Below are positions 50,816-58,973 of a stretch of DNA of 64,000 nucleotides, piece by piece; the first letter of the stretch is position 1; the number at the start of each line of letters is the position of its first letter. The notes beneath the pieces were generated by a model, which did no database searches, was not told the DNA's origin, and saw only the letters and a program-made list of their open reading frames with translations. Location of the stretch: positions 436,640 through 500,639 of the forward strand of contig CADCCZ010000001.1 in NCBI GenBank assembly GCA_902800045.1. The letters run 5' to 3'. This stretch comes from an uncultured Bacteroidia bacterium (GTDB taxonomy: Bacteria; Bacteroidota; Bacteroidia; Bacteroidales; ML635J-15). Both the position numbers and the translations under genes were made by a program.

Positions 50816-51550
50816 ATGAGACTGACAGTATTGGGAAGCGGAAGCAGTGGTAACGGATATGTGCTACAGAATGATAGTGAAGCACTGGTAATTGAGTGCG
50901 GTATGCCAGTTATGGCAATGAAGAATGCGCTTGGTTTCAACATAAGGAAATTGCGAGGAAGCATAGTTTCTCACGGACACGGCGACCACGCAAAATATAT
51001 ATCGAAGTACTCTGTGTTTGCACCTGTGTACATGTCGGAGGGAACGGCAGAAGAAACGAGGAATAACGGCAAACACGGAATCGTAAGGATGAAGCCGTTG
51101 GAGACGGTAAGGATAGGCGGTTTCTATGTTATTCCCTTTGATGTTCATCACGACAGCAAAGAGCCGTTCGGCTTTCTGATACGGCACGACGAGATTGGCA
51201 ATCTTCTGTTTGCCACCGACACCGCTTTTTTGAAGTACACATTTCCAAAGTTGACCAACATAATGATTGAAGCCAATTTTGACGATGGAATACTTGATGG
51301 AAATGTAAAGTCTGGCAAAGTTCATCCAGTCTTGTCGAAACGCATTCGGCAGAGCCATTTCTCGCTAAAGACCTGCATCGAGGCACTTGAAGCCAACGAC
51401 CTGTCGGCTGTAAACAATATAGTGCTGTTGCATCTTAGTGACGACAATGCAGACGAAAATATGTTCCGCAAGGCAGTCGAGTCTCATACTGGCAGAAAGG
51501 TCTGTGTGGCGAAGAAGGGAGTTGAAATAGAGATTAACAAGGAATTGTAG
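50816..51550 (+). CDS. MBL-fold metallo-hydrolase (YycJ/PhnP-like putative exonuclease)
   Basis: LGSGSSGN, SHGHGDH, HD, FATDT, IEAN and LLHLS motifs. Confidence 0.85.
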   Translation: MRLTVLGSGSSGNGYVLQNDSEALVIECGMPVMAMKNALGFNIRKLRGSIVSHGHGDHAKYISKYSVFAPVYMSEGTAEETRNNGKHGIVRMKPLETVRIGGFYVIPFDVHHDSKEPFGFLIRHDEIGNLLFATDTAFLKYTFPKLTNIMIEANFDDGILDGNVKSGKVHPVLSKRIRQSHFSLKTCIEALEANDLSAVNNIVLLHLSDDNADENMFRKAVESHTGRKVCVAKKGVEIEINKEL

Positions 51551-51570
51551 AATTTTAAAAAGTAATAGAA

Positions 51571-51867
51571 ATGGAACTTTTATCATTATGCTTGTCGGAC
51601 ATAGACAAGACGAAAATCAAGAAGGGAAGCAACGGAAAGATGTATCTGAACATTGTTGTAAGAGAAAGGAAAGAACCTGACAAGTTCGGGAACTCATTAA
51701 CGGTATGGGTACAGCAGTCCAAGGAGGAACGCGAGGCAAAGGCTGACAAGAACTATATTGGCGCAGGAAAGGTGCTTGAGTTCAAGTCCGAAGCACCCAA
51801 TACACCAGAAGCGGTTGAGGAACTTCCAGAAATGGATGCAGACGATATGGGTGATTTACCATTCTAA
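51571..51867 (+). CDS. Putative phage single-stranded DNA-binding protein
   Basis: GKMYLNI..DKFGN...YIG motif, acidic tail ending GDLPF, located in the recombination module. Confidence 0.6.
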   Translation: MELLSLCLSDIDKTKIKKGSNGKMYLNIVVRERKEPDKFGNSLTVWVQQSKEEREAKADKNYIGAGKVLEFKSEAPNTPEAVEELPEMDADDMGDLPF

Positions 51868-51869
51868 CT

Positions 51870-52256
51870 ATGAAGGAAGTTATTGACAGACTGGATAAGG
51901 AGTGCTACAAGCTGCAGGAGTTCCTTTCGATAACGACAAGCAACGAGCCGGAGGAACTGGTAGTCAGATTGTCTGAACTTAATGTGTGGCTTGCAAGGTC
52001 GGCAATAATGCTTGCAGAAGCGAAGCAGGTGCAGGACATCTGTACATATAGGGCATATCGCGAATATATTGACGGTGCCGTGCAGCTTCCTGCAAGCGCA
52101 TTAAAGAAGTATGTGGAATCGCAACTGTATGAGGTTAACTACCTAGTAAACAGGTTGGACAGACTGAATGCTGCCTGTGTCCACATTGGAGACAATATCA
52201 GGACGCAGATTTCCTTTGCAAAGGAGGAGTTGAAACTTACAAGGAGCGGATATTAG
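51870..52256 (+). CDS. Hypothetical helical phage protein
   Basis: 128-aa ORF in the operon. Confidence 0.65.
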   Translation: MKEVIDRLDKECYKLQEFLSITTSNEPEELVVRLSELNVWLARSAIMLAEAKQVQDICTYRAYREYIDGAVQLPASALKKYVESQLYEVNYLVNRLDRLNAACVHIGDNIRTQISFAKEELKLTRSGY

Positions 52257-52299
52257 TCGTGATTTATAAACAAATGTTTAATCGAAAAAGTAGTAGTAT

Positions 52300-52485
52300 A
52301 TGGATGAAATGATGAATGTAAAGGAAGTTGCCAAGTATCTGGGAGTATCGAATGCAATGGTTTACGCAGAGATAAGGTCTGGAAGGCTGTCGTATTACCG
52401 TCCCAATCCAAGTGGTAAGATCTGGATTTCAAAGGAAGATTTAGACGCATATATGAAGCGTGGCAGAGTTGAAGCACACAAATAA
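52300..52485 (+). CDS. HTH_17 excisionase-like DNA-binding protein
   Basis: MNVKEVAKYLGVS...VYAEIRSGRL...IWISKEDLDAYM. Confidence 0.8.
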   Translation: MDEMMNVKEVAKYLGVSNAMVYAEIRSGRLSYYRPNPSGKIWISKEDLDAYMKRGRVEAHK

Positions 52486-52491
52486 TAAGCG

Positions 52492-52707
52492 ATGAAAAAA
52501 TGGGCAGAAAATAGGGCTCCTTCTGTGCGCCAAATCCTTACTAGCGATGAGTTCTTCAACATAGAAGTAAAGCCGCTATGTGAAATTGGTGGAGATACCA
52601 TAGTTCGTATCAAAGCGAAGAAGAAAGGTAGCAAAGGTACTGTAACAACAGAATGTACAGAGAAGTATTACAATCTTTTATTAAGCACGATAAAAAAATG
52701 TTTATAA
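52492..52707 (+). CDS. Hypothetical phage protein
   Basis: 71-aa ORF following the HTH gene. Confidence 0.5.
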   Translation: MKKWAENRAPSVRQILTSDEFFNIEVKPLCEIGGDTIVRIKAKKKGSKGTVTTECTEKYYNLLLSTIKKCL

Positions 52708-52740
52708 ATTTTGCTATTTATAAAAAAATGTCTATCTTTG
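52691..52740 (+). promoter_or_regulatory. Operator-flanked promoter of the replication operon
   Basis: TAAAAAAATGTTTA (52691), TAAAAAAATGTCTA (52721) and TATCTTTG (52733). Confidence 0.65.
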
Positions 52741-52828
52741 CCACATCATTAATGAACATAAATCGGTTGCCGACGATGAAGAATACAGTTGATTACTCAT
52801 TAAGCAAACATAAATTTCAAATTCCTTT

Positions 52829-52870
52829 GACCTGTGGCCGGCGGCAAACGGCTGCGGGTCGCTTTTTTTT
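52829..52870 (+). terminator. Terminator/attenuator in the leader of the replication gene
   Basis: GACCTGTGGCCG-GCGGCAAA-CGGCTGCGGGTC hairpin followed by GC and T8. Confidence 0.75.
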
Positions 52871-52915
52871 AATTGGCGTGACTATGCCATAGAATAGTTG
52901 AAAAAATTATAAGCT

Positions 52916-53773
52916 ATGAAACGGGAGAACTACATATTTTACCGAAGTTTTTATGAGGCATTAAAAGACCTTCCTGACGATATAAGGCTTCAATGTTATG
53001 ATGCTATTTCTGAGTACTCGTTGAATGGGAATCTTATTGAGTTGAAAGGAATTGCAAAGACTATAATGGTGCTGATAATGCCACAGTTGGAGGCAAACAA
53101 CAGGAAGTATCTCAACGGAATGAAAGGTGCTGAACATGGAAAGAAAGGAGGCAGACCTAGGAAACCCCAAAACGAGAAAAACAAAACCCCAGAAAAACCC
53201 CAGAAAAACCCCAAAGAAACCCCTAACAAAACCCCTAATGAAACCCCAGAAAAACCCCAAGAAAACCCCAAAGAAACCCCTAATGTAAATGATAATGTAA
53301 ATGATAATGTAAATGATAATGTAAATGATAATGTAAATGATAATGTAAATGATAATGTAAATAACTCAATAGATAGTGGCGAAAAAGTTTTTTCGCCCAC
53401 GCCCATAAATAACGAACAAAATCCAGAAGGAATTTTGAACGGAGAAAATTCCAAACCAAAACTCACACCAGAAGAGCGCAAAGAAGAAAAAGAAAAAAGT
53501 TGCGCAAAAAAAGAAAAAGAGTTCCAAGAAATGTTGCGCCCATTCCTTGACCAGTACGGCAGGGATATGCTGAACGAATTTTACAAGTACTGGACAGAGT
53601 GGAACAAGTCAAGGACAAAGATGCGCTGGGAACTCCAAGCAACTTGGGACACGGCTCGTAGACTTGCAAGATGGGCAAATAACAACAAGTTCGGTGAATA
53701 TGGTGGATCTGCAAACCAGTCGCACCAGCTTTACAGGAATGAAGGTAACAATTATAACGAAACTGAATTTTAA
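52916..53773 (+). CDS. Phage replication initiator (DUF6291-like N-terminus)
   Basis: FYRSFYEA...YDAI.EY...GKKGGRP N-terminus; EFYKYWTE...MRWE...WD..RRLARW C-terminus; lies upstream of a DnaC-like ATPase. Confidence 0.78.
   Translation: MKRENYIFYRSFYEALKDLPDDIRLQCYDAISEYSLNGNLIELKGIAKTIMVLIMPQLEANNRKYLNGMKGAEHGKKGGRPRKPQNEKNKTPEKPQKNPKETPNKTPNETPEKPQENPKETPNVNDNVNDNVNDNVNDNVNDNVNDNVNNSIDSGEKVFSPTPINNEQNPEGILNGENSKPKLTPEERKEEKEKSCAKKEKEFQEMLRPFLDQYGRDMLNEFYKYWTEWNKSRTKMRWELQATWDTARRLARWANNNKFGEYGGSANQSHQLYRNEGNNYNETEF
53162..53362 (+). repeat. Putative phage origin: ten AAACCCC iterons plus 12-bp AT-rich tandem repeat
   Basis: CCCC runs at 53165, 53187, 53198, 53209, 53220, 53232, 53244, 53255, 53266 and 53277; then TAATGTAAATGA x6 plus a partial unit (53281-53362). 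Confidence 0.75.
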
Positions 53774-53777
53774 CGAT

Positions 53778-54452
53778 ATGATAGAAAATTTGAATGAAAT
53801 TATCGGTGACATCAGGTCGCGGTACGAACTAAAAAGGATTTCTTCCTATTTGCAGCCTGACAAGTACGATACGGCTAACAGCCTATTTGCAAGTATGGCT
53901 TCTGCGATATGCGGAAAAGACTACGACTGCAGAAACACAGCAAGTATAATCAACAAGTTGGTTCATTGGACATACAACACAAGCGTTGACGATATAGACT
54001 GCACAAAAGGTTTCCTTATCAGAGGCGAGACTGGTCGAGGCAAAACATTGCTAATGTACGCGATGAAAGAATTTCTGCAGTATGATTCGCATTGGTACAT
54101 TGTTGGAGGCAAGAGGTACAGACTTGAAATGTCTATTGCTTCTGCAAGGAACATTGCATTTGAGTACGCACAGCAGAGCGAGGAGAATGTTATAGCGAGA
54201 TATTCAAGAATCCCATTGCTTTGCATAGACGATTTGGGAAGCGAGCCTATGTTGTCTAGCAATTATGGTAACAAGTGTTCAGTCGTCAGTGAAATACTTG
54301 CCAATCGTGCAGAAACCAAGTTGCTGACATTTGCAACCACCAATGTTGCAAGGTTGAGCGAATGTTACGATGACAGGATAATCAGCAGGATGCACTCATT
54401 GTTCAACAGCGTGAATCTGTCGCACGAAACAGACTATAGGAAATTGAAATAA
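53778..54452 (+). CDS. DnaC/IstB-like ATPase (helicase loader)
   Basis: GETGRGKT, LCIDDLGSE, TTN and YDDRIISR motifs; start uncertain (ORF open from 53664). Confidence 0.8.
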   Translation: MIENLNEIIGDIRSRYELKRISSYLQPDKYDTANSLFASMASAICGKDYDCRNTASIINKLVHWTYNTSVDDIDCTKGFLIRGETGRGKTLLMYAMKEFLQYDSHWYIVGGKRYRLEMSIASARNIAFEYAQQSEENVIARYSRIPLLCIDDLGSEPMLSSNYGNKCSVVSEILANRAETKLLTFATTNVARLSECYDDRIISRMHSLFNSVNLSHETDYRKLK

Positions 54453-54874
54453 TGAAAGCGACACTTTACATAAACAAGCGAGAGTATTTGATTACTACGA
54501 CAAAGGAAGGCTACCCGGCATTGTCGAGGTATTCGGACGGAGGACCAACGGAAGACGACATCAAGGCGACTGCATACCGTCTTTCGTGCGCTTTTCCAAA
54601 CGAAGTAGAAGATACAATACCCAACGCTATAAAGATGGCTGTAAACTGCGGATTCTCTGGAAAAAGGCTTCGCGCTGCGGCTGAGTGCCTTATTGACACC
54701 TGTCAGACATTCGACATCAAGAAGTTCCTTTGCTTCGACAGGGTTGTGCATCTTTACATCAAGCCTGAGGTGTTGAATTTTTGCAAAGTGAATGAAACCA
54801 AGTTCAAGGCTTCCGACTTCGGAGTGTGCAACATCGACGGTATCAAGTTCTTTTACGAAAAGTCTATGGTTTAA
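54452..54874 (+). CDS. Hypothetical phage protein
   Basis: 140-aa ORF with TAATG coupling to the upstream stop. Confidence 0.65.
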   Translation: MKATLYINKREYLITTTKEGYPALSRYSDGGPTEDDIKATAYRLSCAFPNEVEDTIPNAIKMAVNCGFSGKRLRAAAECLIDTCQTFDIKKFLCFDRVVHLYIKPEVLNFCKVNETKFKASDFGVCNIDGIKFFYEKSMV

Positions 54875-54893
54875 CGAATAATACTTACTGGTT

Positions 54894-55085
54894 ATGAAGA
54901 TATTGATTATAATTCTGGCTTCCATTTACCTTTTGGCGGGACTGCTGTTCGCTCAGTTCCTGTTGTATCTCGATACGCTTGAAACAAGTTGGAAGCCGAC
55001 GTATCGTGGTGTCCTGCGCTTTATATGGCGTATGGTAATGTGGTTGCCGATAGTTATAAAATCATTGATTGACAGTAGGGATTGA
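54894..55085 (+). CDS. Small membrane protein
   Basis: 63 aa with hydrophobic segments. Confidence 0.55.
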   Translation: MKILIIILASIYLLAGLLFAQFLLYLDTLETSWKPTYRGVLRFIWRMVMWLPIVIKSLIDSRD

Positions 55086-55173
55086 AATGAGCAAGTGTAT
55101 TATTAACAGCAAGTTGTAAATAAAAAATATAAAAATATGGTACAAAAAATTTTGTCAATCAAAACAATTTCAT

Positions 55174-55237
55174 TAGTTTTGCATTGTCTAAAAATTGTAA
55201 GCGGTACGATGACCGCTGGCGAAAGTCGGCTTTTTTT
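55174..55237 (+). promoter_or_regulatory. Antirepressor promoter, target site 1 and alternative antiterminator/terminator hairpins
   Basis: TAGTTTTG (55174); TTGTCTAAAAATTGTAAGC (55184-55202); AGCGGT/ACCGCT hairpin overlapping GCTGGC-GAAA-GTCGGC-T7. Confidence 0.65.
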
Positions 55238-55259
55238 GTACCACAATGGAAAAATATCT

Positions 55260-55339
55260 GCACGGAAAGAGTGTGCGTTAGCAGTGATGCCCGCAAAGTC
55301 CAGCTTACAAGACTTAGACAACACTCACCGTGCTTTTTT
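55260..55339 (+). ncRNA. Putative C4/P4-CI-like antisense RNA
   Basis: Closed by GCACGG/CCGTGC and GAGTGT/ACACTC stems plus T6; carries AGCTTACAA and TTAGACAA, complementary to the flanking direct repeats. Confidence 0.65.
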
Positions 55340-55364
55340 ATTAACCGTCTAAAAATTGTAAGCT

Positions 55365-56198
55365 ATGGACGAAAAAATTAAAATTTTTGAAAATGCCCAG
55401 TTCGGGCTAATCAGAACCGCAGGAGATGCGGACAATCCAATGTTTTGTTTAAATGACATCTGCAAAGTATTAGATTTGCAGGTCAATAAAGTAAAAGAGA
55501 GACTGAAACAAAATGGATGGAATTTAATTCCACTCATCGACAAGTTGGGCAGGGAACAAGTTGCAACTTTCATCAACGAGCAGAATCTCTACAAGGTTAT
55601 AATGAGGAGCGACAAGCCACAGGCAGAGGCATTCCAAGACTGGGTATGTGGAGAAGTTCTTCCGTCGATAAGGAAGAATGGCGGCTACATATCGGCAACA
55701 GCCGAAGAGACTCCAGAGGAGATAATGGCGAAGGCGTTGCAGATAGCTCAGGCAACAATCGAACGAAAAGAAAAACGAATTGCCGACCTGCAACAGCAGA
55801 AGATGATACTCGAGGGACAGACCGAGCAACAGCAGAAGCAGATAGGCGAGCTGGCTCCCAAGGCAGAGTACACCGATACCGTACTGATGAGCACCACTAC
55901 CTACACGATGACGGAAGTTGCCAAGGAGTTCGGATATTCGGCAGTTACATTCTCACGCAAGTTGCGCGAGTGCGGAATCCTGTTCCAGCAGTCCGGACGC
56001 TGGATGCTCACGGCAAAGTATCAGGGAATGGGATTGATGAGCACGCGCACACACCAGTTCTATCACAACGACGGCACAATTGGCACCAACACCATAAGCG
56101 TATGGACAGAAAAAGGTCGCAAGTTCCTGCACGACTTCCGCAACGGAAAGTACAACAGAAAGAGAAGTTCAACAGATGGTTCAACAGATAAAAACTAA
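55365..56198 (+). CDS. Phage antirepressor (Bro-N plus ANT/KilAC domain)
   Basis: FGLIRT...PMFCLNDICKVL, FINEQNLY..IMRSDKP.A..FQDWV..EVLPSIRK.GGY, PKAEY.D and WTEKGRKF motifs. Confidence 0.9.
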   Translation: MDEKIKIFENAQFGLIRTAGDADNPMFCLNDICKVLDLQVNKVKERLKQNGWNLIPLIDKLGREQVATFINEQNLYKVIMRSDKPQAEAFQDWVCGEVLPSIRKNGGYISATAEETPEEIMAKALQIAQATIERKEKRIADLQQQKMILEGQTEQQQKQIGELAPKAEYTDTVLMSTTTYTMTEVAKEFGYSAVTFSRKLRECGILFQQSGRWMLTAKYQGMGLMSTRTHQFYHNDGTIGTNTISVWTEKGRKFLHDFRNGKYNRKRSSTDGSTDKN

Positions 56199-56203
56199 AA
56201 GCA

Positions 56204-56470
56204 ATGGAAACGAACATAATAGCAAAGAAGAGAATAACAGTGGAATTACCAGTATGTAGCACAAGAATAGTTTCTAGTAGAACCACAAGGCGCAAGCGCG
56301 ACGATCTTACACCAGAGCAGTACAGGTTGCAGGACGAGTTCCTTGACTTTCTTCGTCATCTTCAATCCTACCGCAAGGCTCACGGTTGTGATTCGCAAGA
56401 ATGTAGTTTCCTTAACACCGACAAGAGCCGGGAAGCAGTACTCCATTTCCTTGGCGCGATAAAGGTGTAG
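56204..56470 (+). CDS. Hypothetical protein downstream of the antirepressor
   Basis: 88-aa ORF followed by a terminator. Confidence 0.6.
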   Translation: METNIIAKKRITVELPVCSTRIVSSRTTRRKRDDLTPEQYRLQDEFLDFLRHLQSYRKAHGCDSQECSFLNTDKSREAVLHFLGAIKV

Positions 56471-56478
56471 AGGTTCAA

Positions 56479-56523
56479 AGGCTGGCGGTAACAGTAGCCT
56501 ATACCGTCAGCCAATTTTTTTTT
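56479..56523 (+). terminator. Intrinsic terminator
   Basis: GGCTGGCGGTA...TACCGTCAGCC hairpin followed by T9. Confidence 0.8.
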
Positions 56524-56602
56524 GAAAAAGTAGTAAAAATTTGTTTATAAAATTTTGCTATATCAAATATTTACACTACTTTTACAATGAATTTAAAGAA
56601 GT

Positions 56603-56839
56603 ATGGAATTAAGTAGAGAAATAGGACGGGCAATAGGAAGTGTGTTCCACTACGACCGCTACATAGTAAGGGTTGAGAGGGCTCACAGCATAACAAGTCC
56701 CTGCAGCGGTTGCGACTTTATGTTAAAAGGAAAGGACTGCCGGGCAAGGACTGATGTAGGCTACTGCAAGTCGCTACTGAGGAGTGACGGAGAAAATGTA
56801 ATCTTCAAGAAAATCAACGACTATGGAGAAGTGTATTGA
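56603..56839 (+). CDS. Cys-rich small phage protein
   Basis: CSGCDF...C...C..R.DGENVIFK motif. Confidence 0.65.
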   Translation: MELSREIGRAIGSVFHYDRYIVRVERAHSITSPCSGCDFMLKGKDCRARTDVGYCKSLLRSDGENVIFKKINDYGEVY

Positions 56840-57095
56840 CTGCAAGAAAGTTAAAAGATGTCCGTATTCTGGCGGCCACAACCAGCCGGCCTGTACAGAC
56901 TTCGTAAGGAAGGATAGGGCGGTATCGGAAGGGAAGATGGTTCGCTACATTGCAATGTTCAACGGGCAGAAGTACGAACTGAAAGTGCAGACTTCGTGTG
57001 ACGGATGTTGTTTCGAAGGAAAATGCACAGAAGCACAACAGGCGGTATGTACAGAATACGATGGTCGTGTTTTCAAAAAAATGGATGTAAAATGA
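56823..57095 (+). CDS. Cys-rich small phage protein
   Basis: CIDC..C..C and CDGCCF..C..C...VFK motifs. Confidence 0.6.
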   Translation: MEKCIDCKKVKRCPYSGGHNQPACTDFVRKDRAVSEGKMVRYIAMFNGQKYELKVQTSCDGCCFEGKCTEAQQAVCTEYDGRVFKKMDVK

Positions 57096-57484
57096 CGGAT
57101 ATAGAAAGAGACTTAAACCGTATGAGGCAGAGGTTGAACAACTTTCTGTCGCAGAAGCAAAAGGAAGATCCAGCCTACGAAGCAATGAGAGAGAATGCTC
57201 TTGCAAATGCTGGCAAGTGTTATGCAAAGGGATTCGTACTCATTACGCTTGCTATCGGGTACTTCGAGAATGCCCTTGAATTGGCAGAAAGCACAGGCTA
57301 TACCAACCTAGCAATCAACAAGGCAAATCTGCTAATGGAAGATTCGTTCGATGTGTTCTGGAAAACTCTGTGTACACAGTTGCACATTACCAAGGAGCAA
57401 ATGAATGCACTTTCCAAAGACTGCGACAACTACCGCATTCCATTGGATAATATGCTTGACGGCAGAAAGGAGAAACAAGGATGA
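57092..57484 (+). CDS. Hypothetical phage protein
   Basis: Likely start ATG 57092 (ATGA overlap with the upstream stop). Confidence 0.6.
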   Translation: MTDIERDLNRMRQRLNNFLSQKQKEDPAYEAMRENALANAGKCYAKGFVLITLAIGYFENALELAESTGYTNLAINKANLLMEDSFDVFWKTLCTQLHITKEQMNALSKDCDNYRIPLDNMLDGRKEKQG

Positions 57485-57735
57485 GCAAGATAGGACAGAT
57501 AATGCAGCATTTCAGCACTCACGGCAGTATTACTTGCTGGGAAGCGATAGACAAGTACGGAATAAGGTCTCTTTCGTCGATAGTCCACACATTAAGGACC
57601 AGAGGAGTGCAGATAAGGTCTGAATGGACTGAACTCCCAGATGGTGACAACGGACGATGCACCAAGCAAGTGAAGTATGTTTACAAGAATGTAGATGACA
57701 GGCAGTTGAGCCTGTTCAAGGAATTTGGTTATTAA
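57481..57735 (+). CDS. HTH_39-like winged-helix protein
   Basis: GSIT.WEAIDKYGIRSLSSIVHTLR.RGVQI motif. Confidence 0.72.
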   Translation: MSKIGQIMQHFSTHGSITCWEAIDKYGIRSLSSIVHTLRTRGVQIRSEWTELPDGDNGRCTKQVKYVYKNVDDRQLSLFKEFGY

Positions 57736-57751
57736 TTAAAATTTATGAGTT

Positions 57752-57913
57752 ATGATAGAAGTAAGAATTAGTTCGGACCAGTATTCGACAGGTTTGCTTG
57801 AAAGAATGCAAAGGCAGATAGGCGAAGATGTATGCTTCACTATTGAAAGCAAGATGAACAAGCCAAGTGTTAAAGATTTGATAGTTAAAGACAATGGGAA
57901 GCGTATTGCATAG
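57752..57913 (+). CDS. Small hypothetical protein (53 aa)
   Basis: MIEVRISSDQY...KRIA*, read manually; fills the gap between neighbours. Confidence 0.45.
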   Translation: MIEVRISSDQYSTGLLERMQRQIGEDVCFTIESKMNKPSVKDLIVKDNGKRIA

Positions 57914-58157
57914 CAGTAGCCAGTTGGATCTGTTTGAGAACTTCGACGAGTCCCAGTTTTTCAGCAGGAAATTCGGTATGCTTACCTTTTTCCAGACCAA
58001 AAGCGACAAATGGTCTGACTGCTGTAAGCATTGCCTGTTGTGGAAGCGCAAGGACGAGCAGACAGACAACGATGAATGCCTGTTTGCTCCCTGCTCATCA
58101 GACGAGCGAAAAGACAAAAGCAATGGCTACTATTCCATACACAATATGCCGGTGTAG
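57894..58157 (+). CDS. Cys-containing hypothetical phage protein
   Basis: CCKHC...C...C...ERKD motif. Confidence 0.55.
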   Translation: MGSVLHSSSQLDLFENFDESQFFSRKFGMLTFFQTKSDKWSDCCKHCLLWKRKDEQTDNDECLFAPCSSDERKDKSNGYYSIHNMPV

Positions 58158-58177
58158 AATTTAAAGACAAAAGTAAA

Positions 58178-58747
58178 ATGGATAAGAGTGAAATCATAGA
58201 CAAGATTTTGAAAGTTAAAGCACTTGCAGAGCGTGGAGCATCTGGCGAGCGCAACAATGCAACCAAGTTGCTCCAAAGTTTGATGAAAAAGTATGGAATT
58301 ACTGAATCTGACTTGTATAGCGATGAGAAAGATTTGTATTTCATTAATACTTGTGGAAACACTCAGTTGTTCGTACAGGTGTATATGTCAATGCACAAGT
58401 GAGAAGATAGGTGGGTTAAAGATATTCGGAAAATGCCTAAAAAAGACAGAAACGAGTATGCTGGTTATGGATGGGGCGATAAAGATGCAGATTCTGCAAT
58501 AGAATGCACAAAGTCAGAATTTCTAGAAGTAAAAGCATTATTTTCAGTCTACAAGGAAGATTTTGACAGGCAGTTAGAAGTATTCAAGTATGCGTATTTC
58601 AGAAAGAACGATTTGCTTTGTAAACCTAAACCAGATGAACCAGAACGAGAGCATACAGAAGAAGAAGTTAGGAATATAATCAACGCCATAAAGATGAGTG
58701 AAGGAATCGAAAAGAAAGAGGTACACAAGATGATTGAAAATGAATAG
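58178..58747 (+). pseudogene. DUF2786-like phage protein interrupted by in-frame TGA (58400-58402)
   Basis: DKILKVKALAERG..GE..NA..LL..LMKKYGI N-terminus; the frame continues after TGA into ORF 58433-58747. Confidence 0.65.
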
Positions 58748-58754
58748 TACAAGT

Positions 58755-58973
58755 ATGAGTGACAAGGAAAAGATAAAAGAACTTGCAGACAGGTTTAAAC
58801 AGGAACCAGCAATGCACGTTGAACGGGTACTTGCTTTAATGGCAGACTATAAGAATGAGCAATTCGCAGAAATAGTTGGGCAAGTGAAAGGAAGCAGATT
58901 TGCCGAAGGTACTGTTGTCTGGTGCTGCAAGACAATAATACGGAAACTAAAAAGTGTAATTAGTTGTGAGTAA
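58755..58973 (+). CDS. Hypothetical phage protein (MAxxK family)
   Basis: ORF in the operon; start uncertain (58734-58755). Confidence 0.55.
   Translation: MSDKEKIKELADRFKQEPAMHVERVLALMADYKNEQFAEIVGQVKGSRFAEGTVVWCCKTIIRKLKSVISCE

Noticed and set aside
53281-53362. CRISPR or mobile-element repeat
   Set aside because: Spacerless in-frame 12-bp tandem inside the replication gene.
55137-55381. Short ORFs upstream of the antirepressor
   Set aside because: They start upstream of or at the promoter and the region is better explained by RNA structure, though a short icd/kil-like peptide cannot be excluded.
55517-56191. 224-aa alternative-frame ORF inside the antirepressor
   Set aside because: Arg-rich, without motifs or its own expression signals; consistent with a codon-bias by-product.
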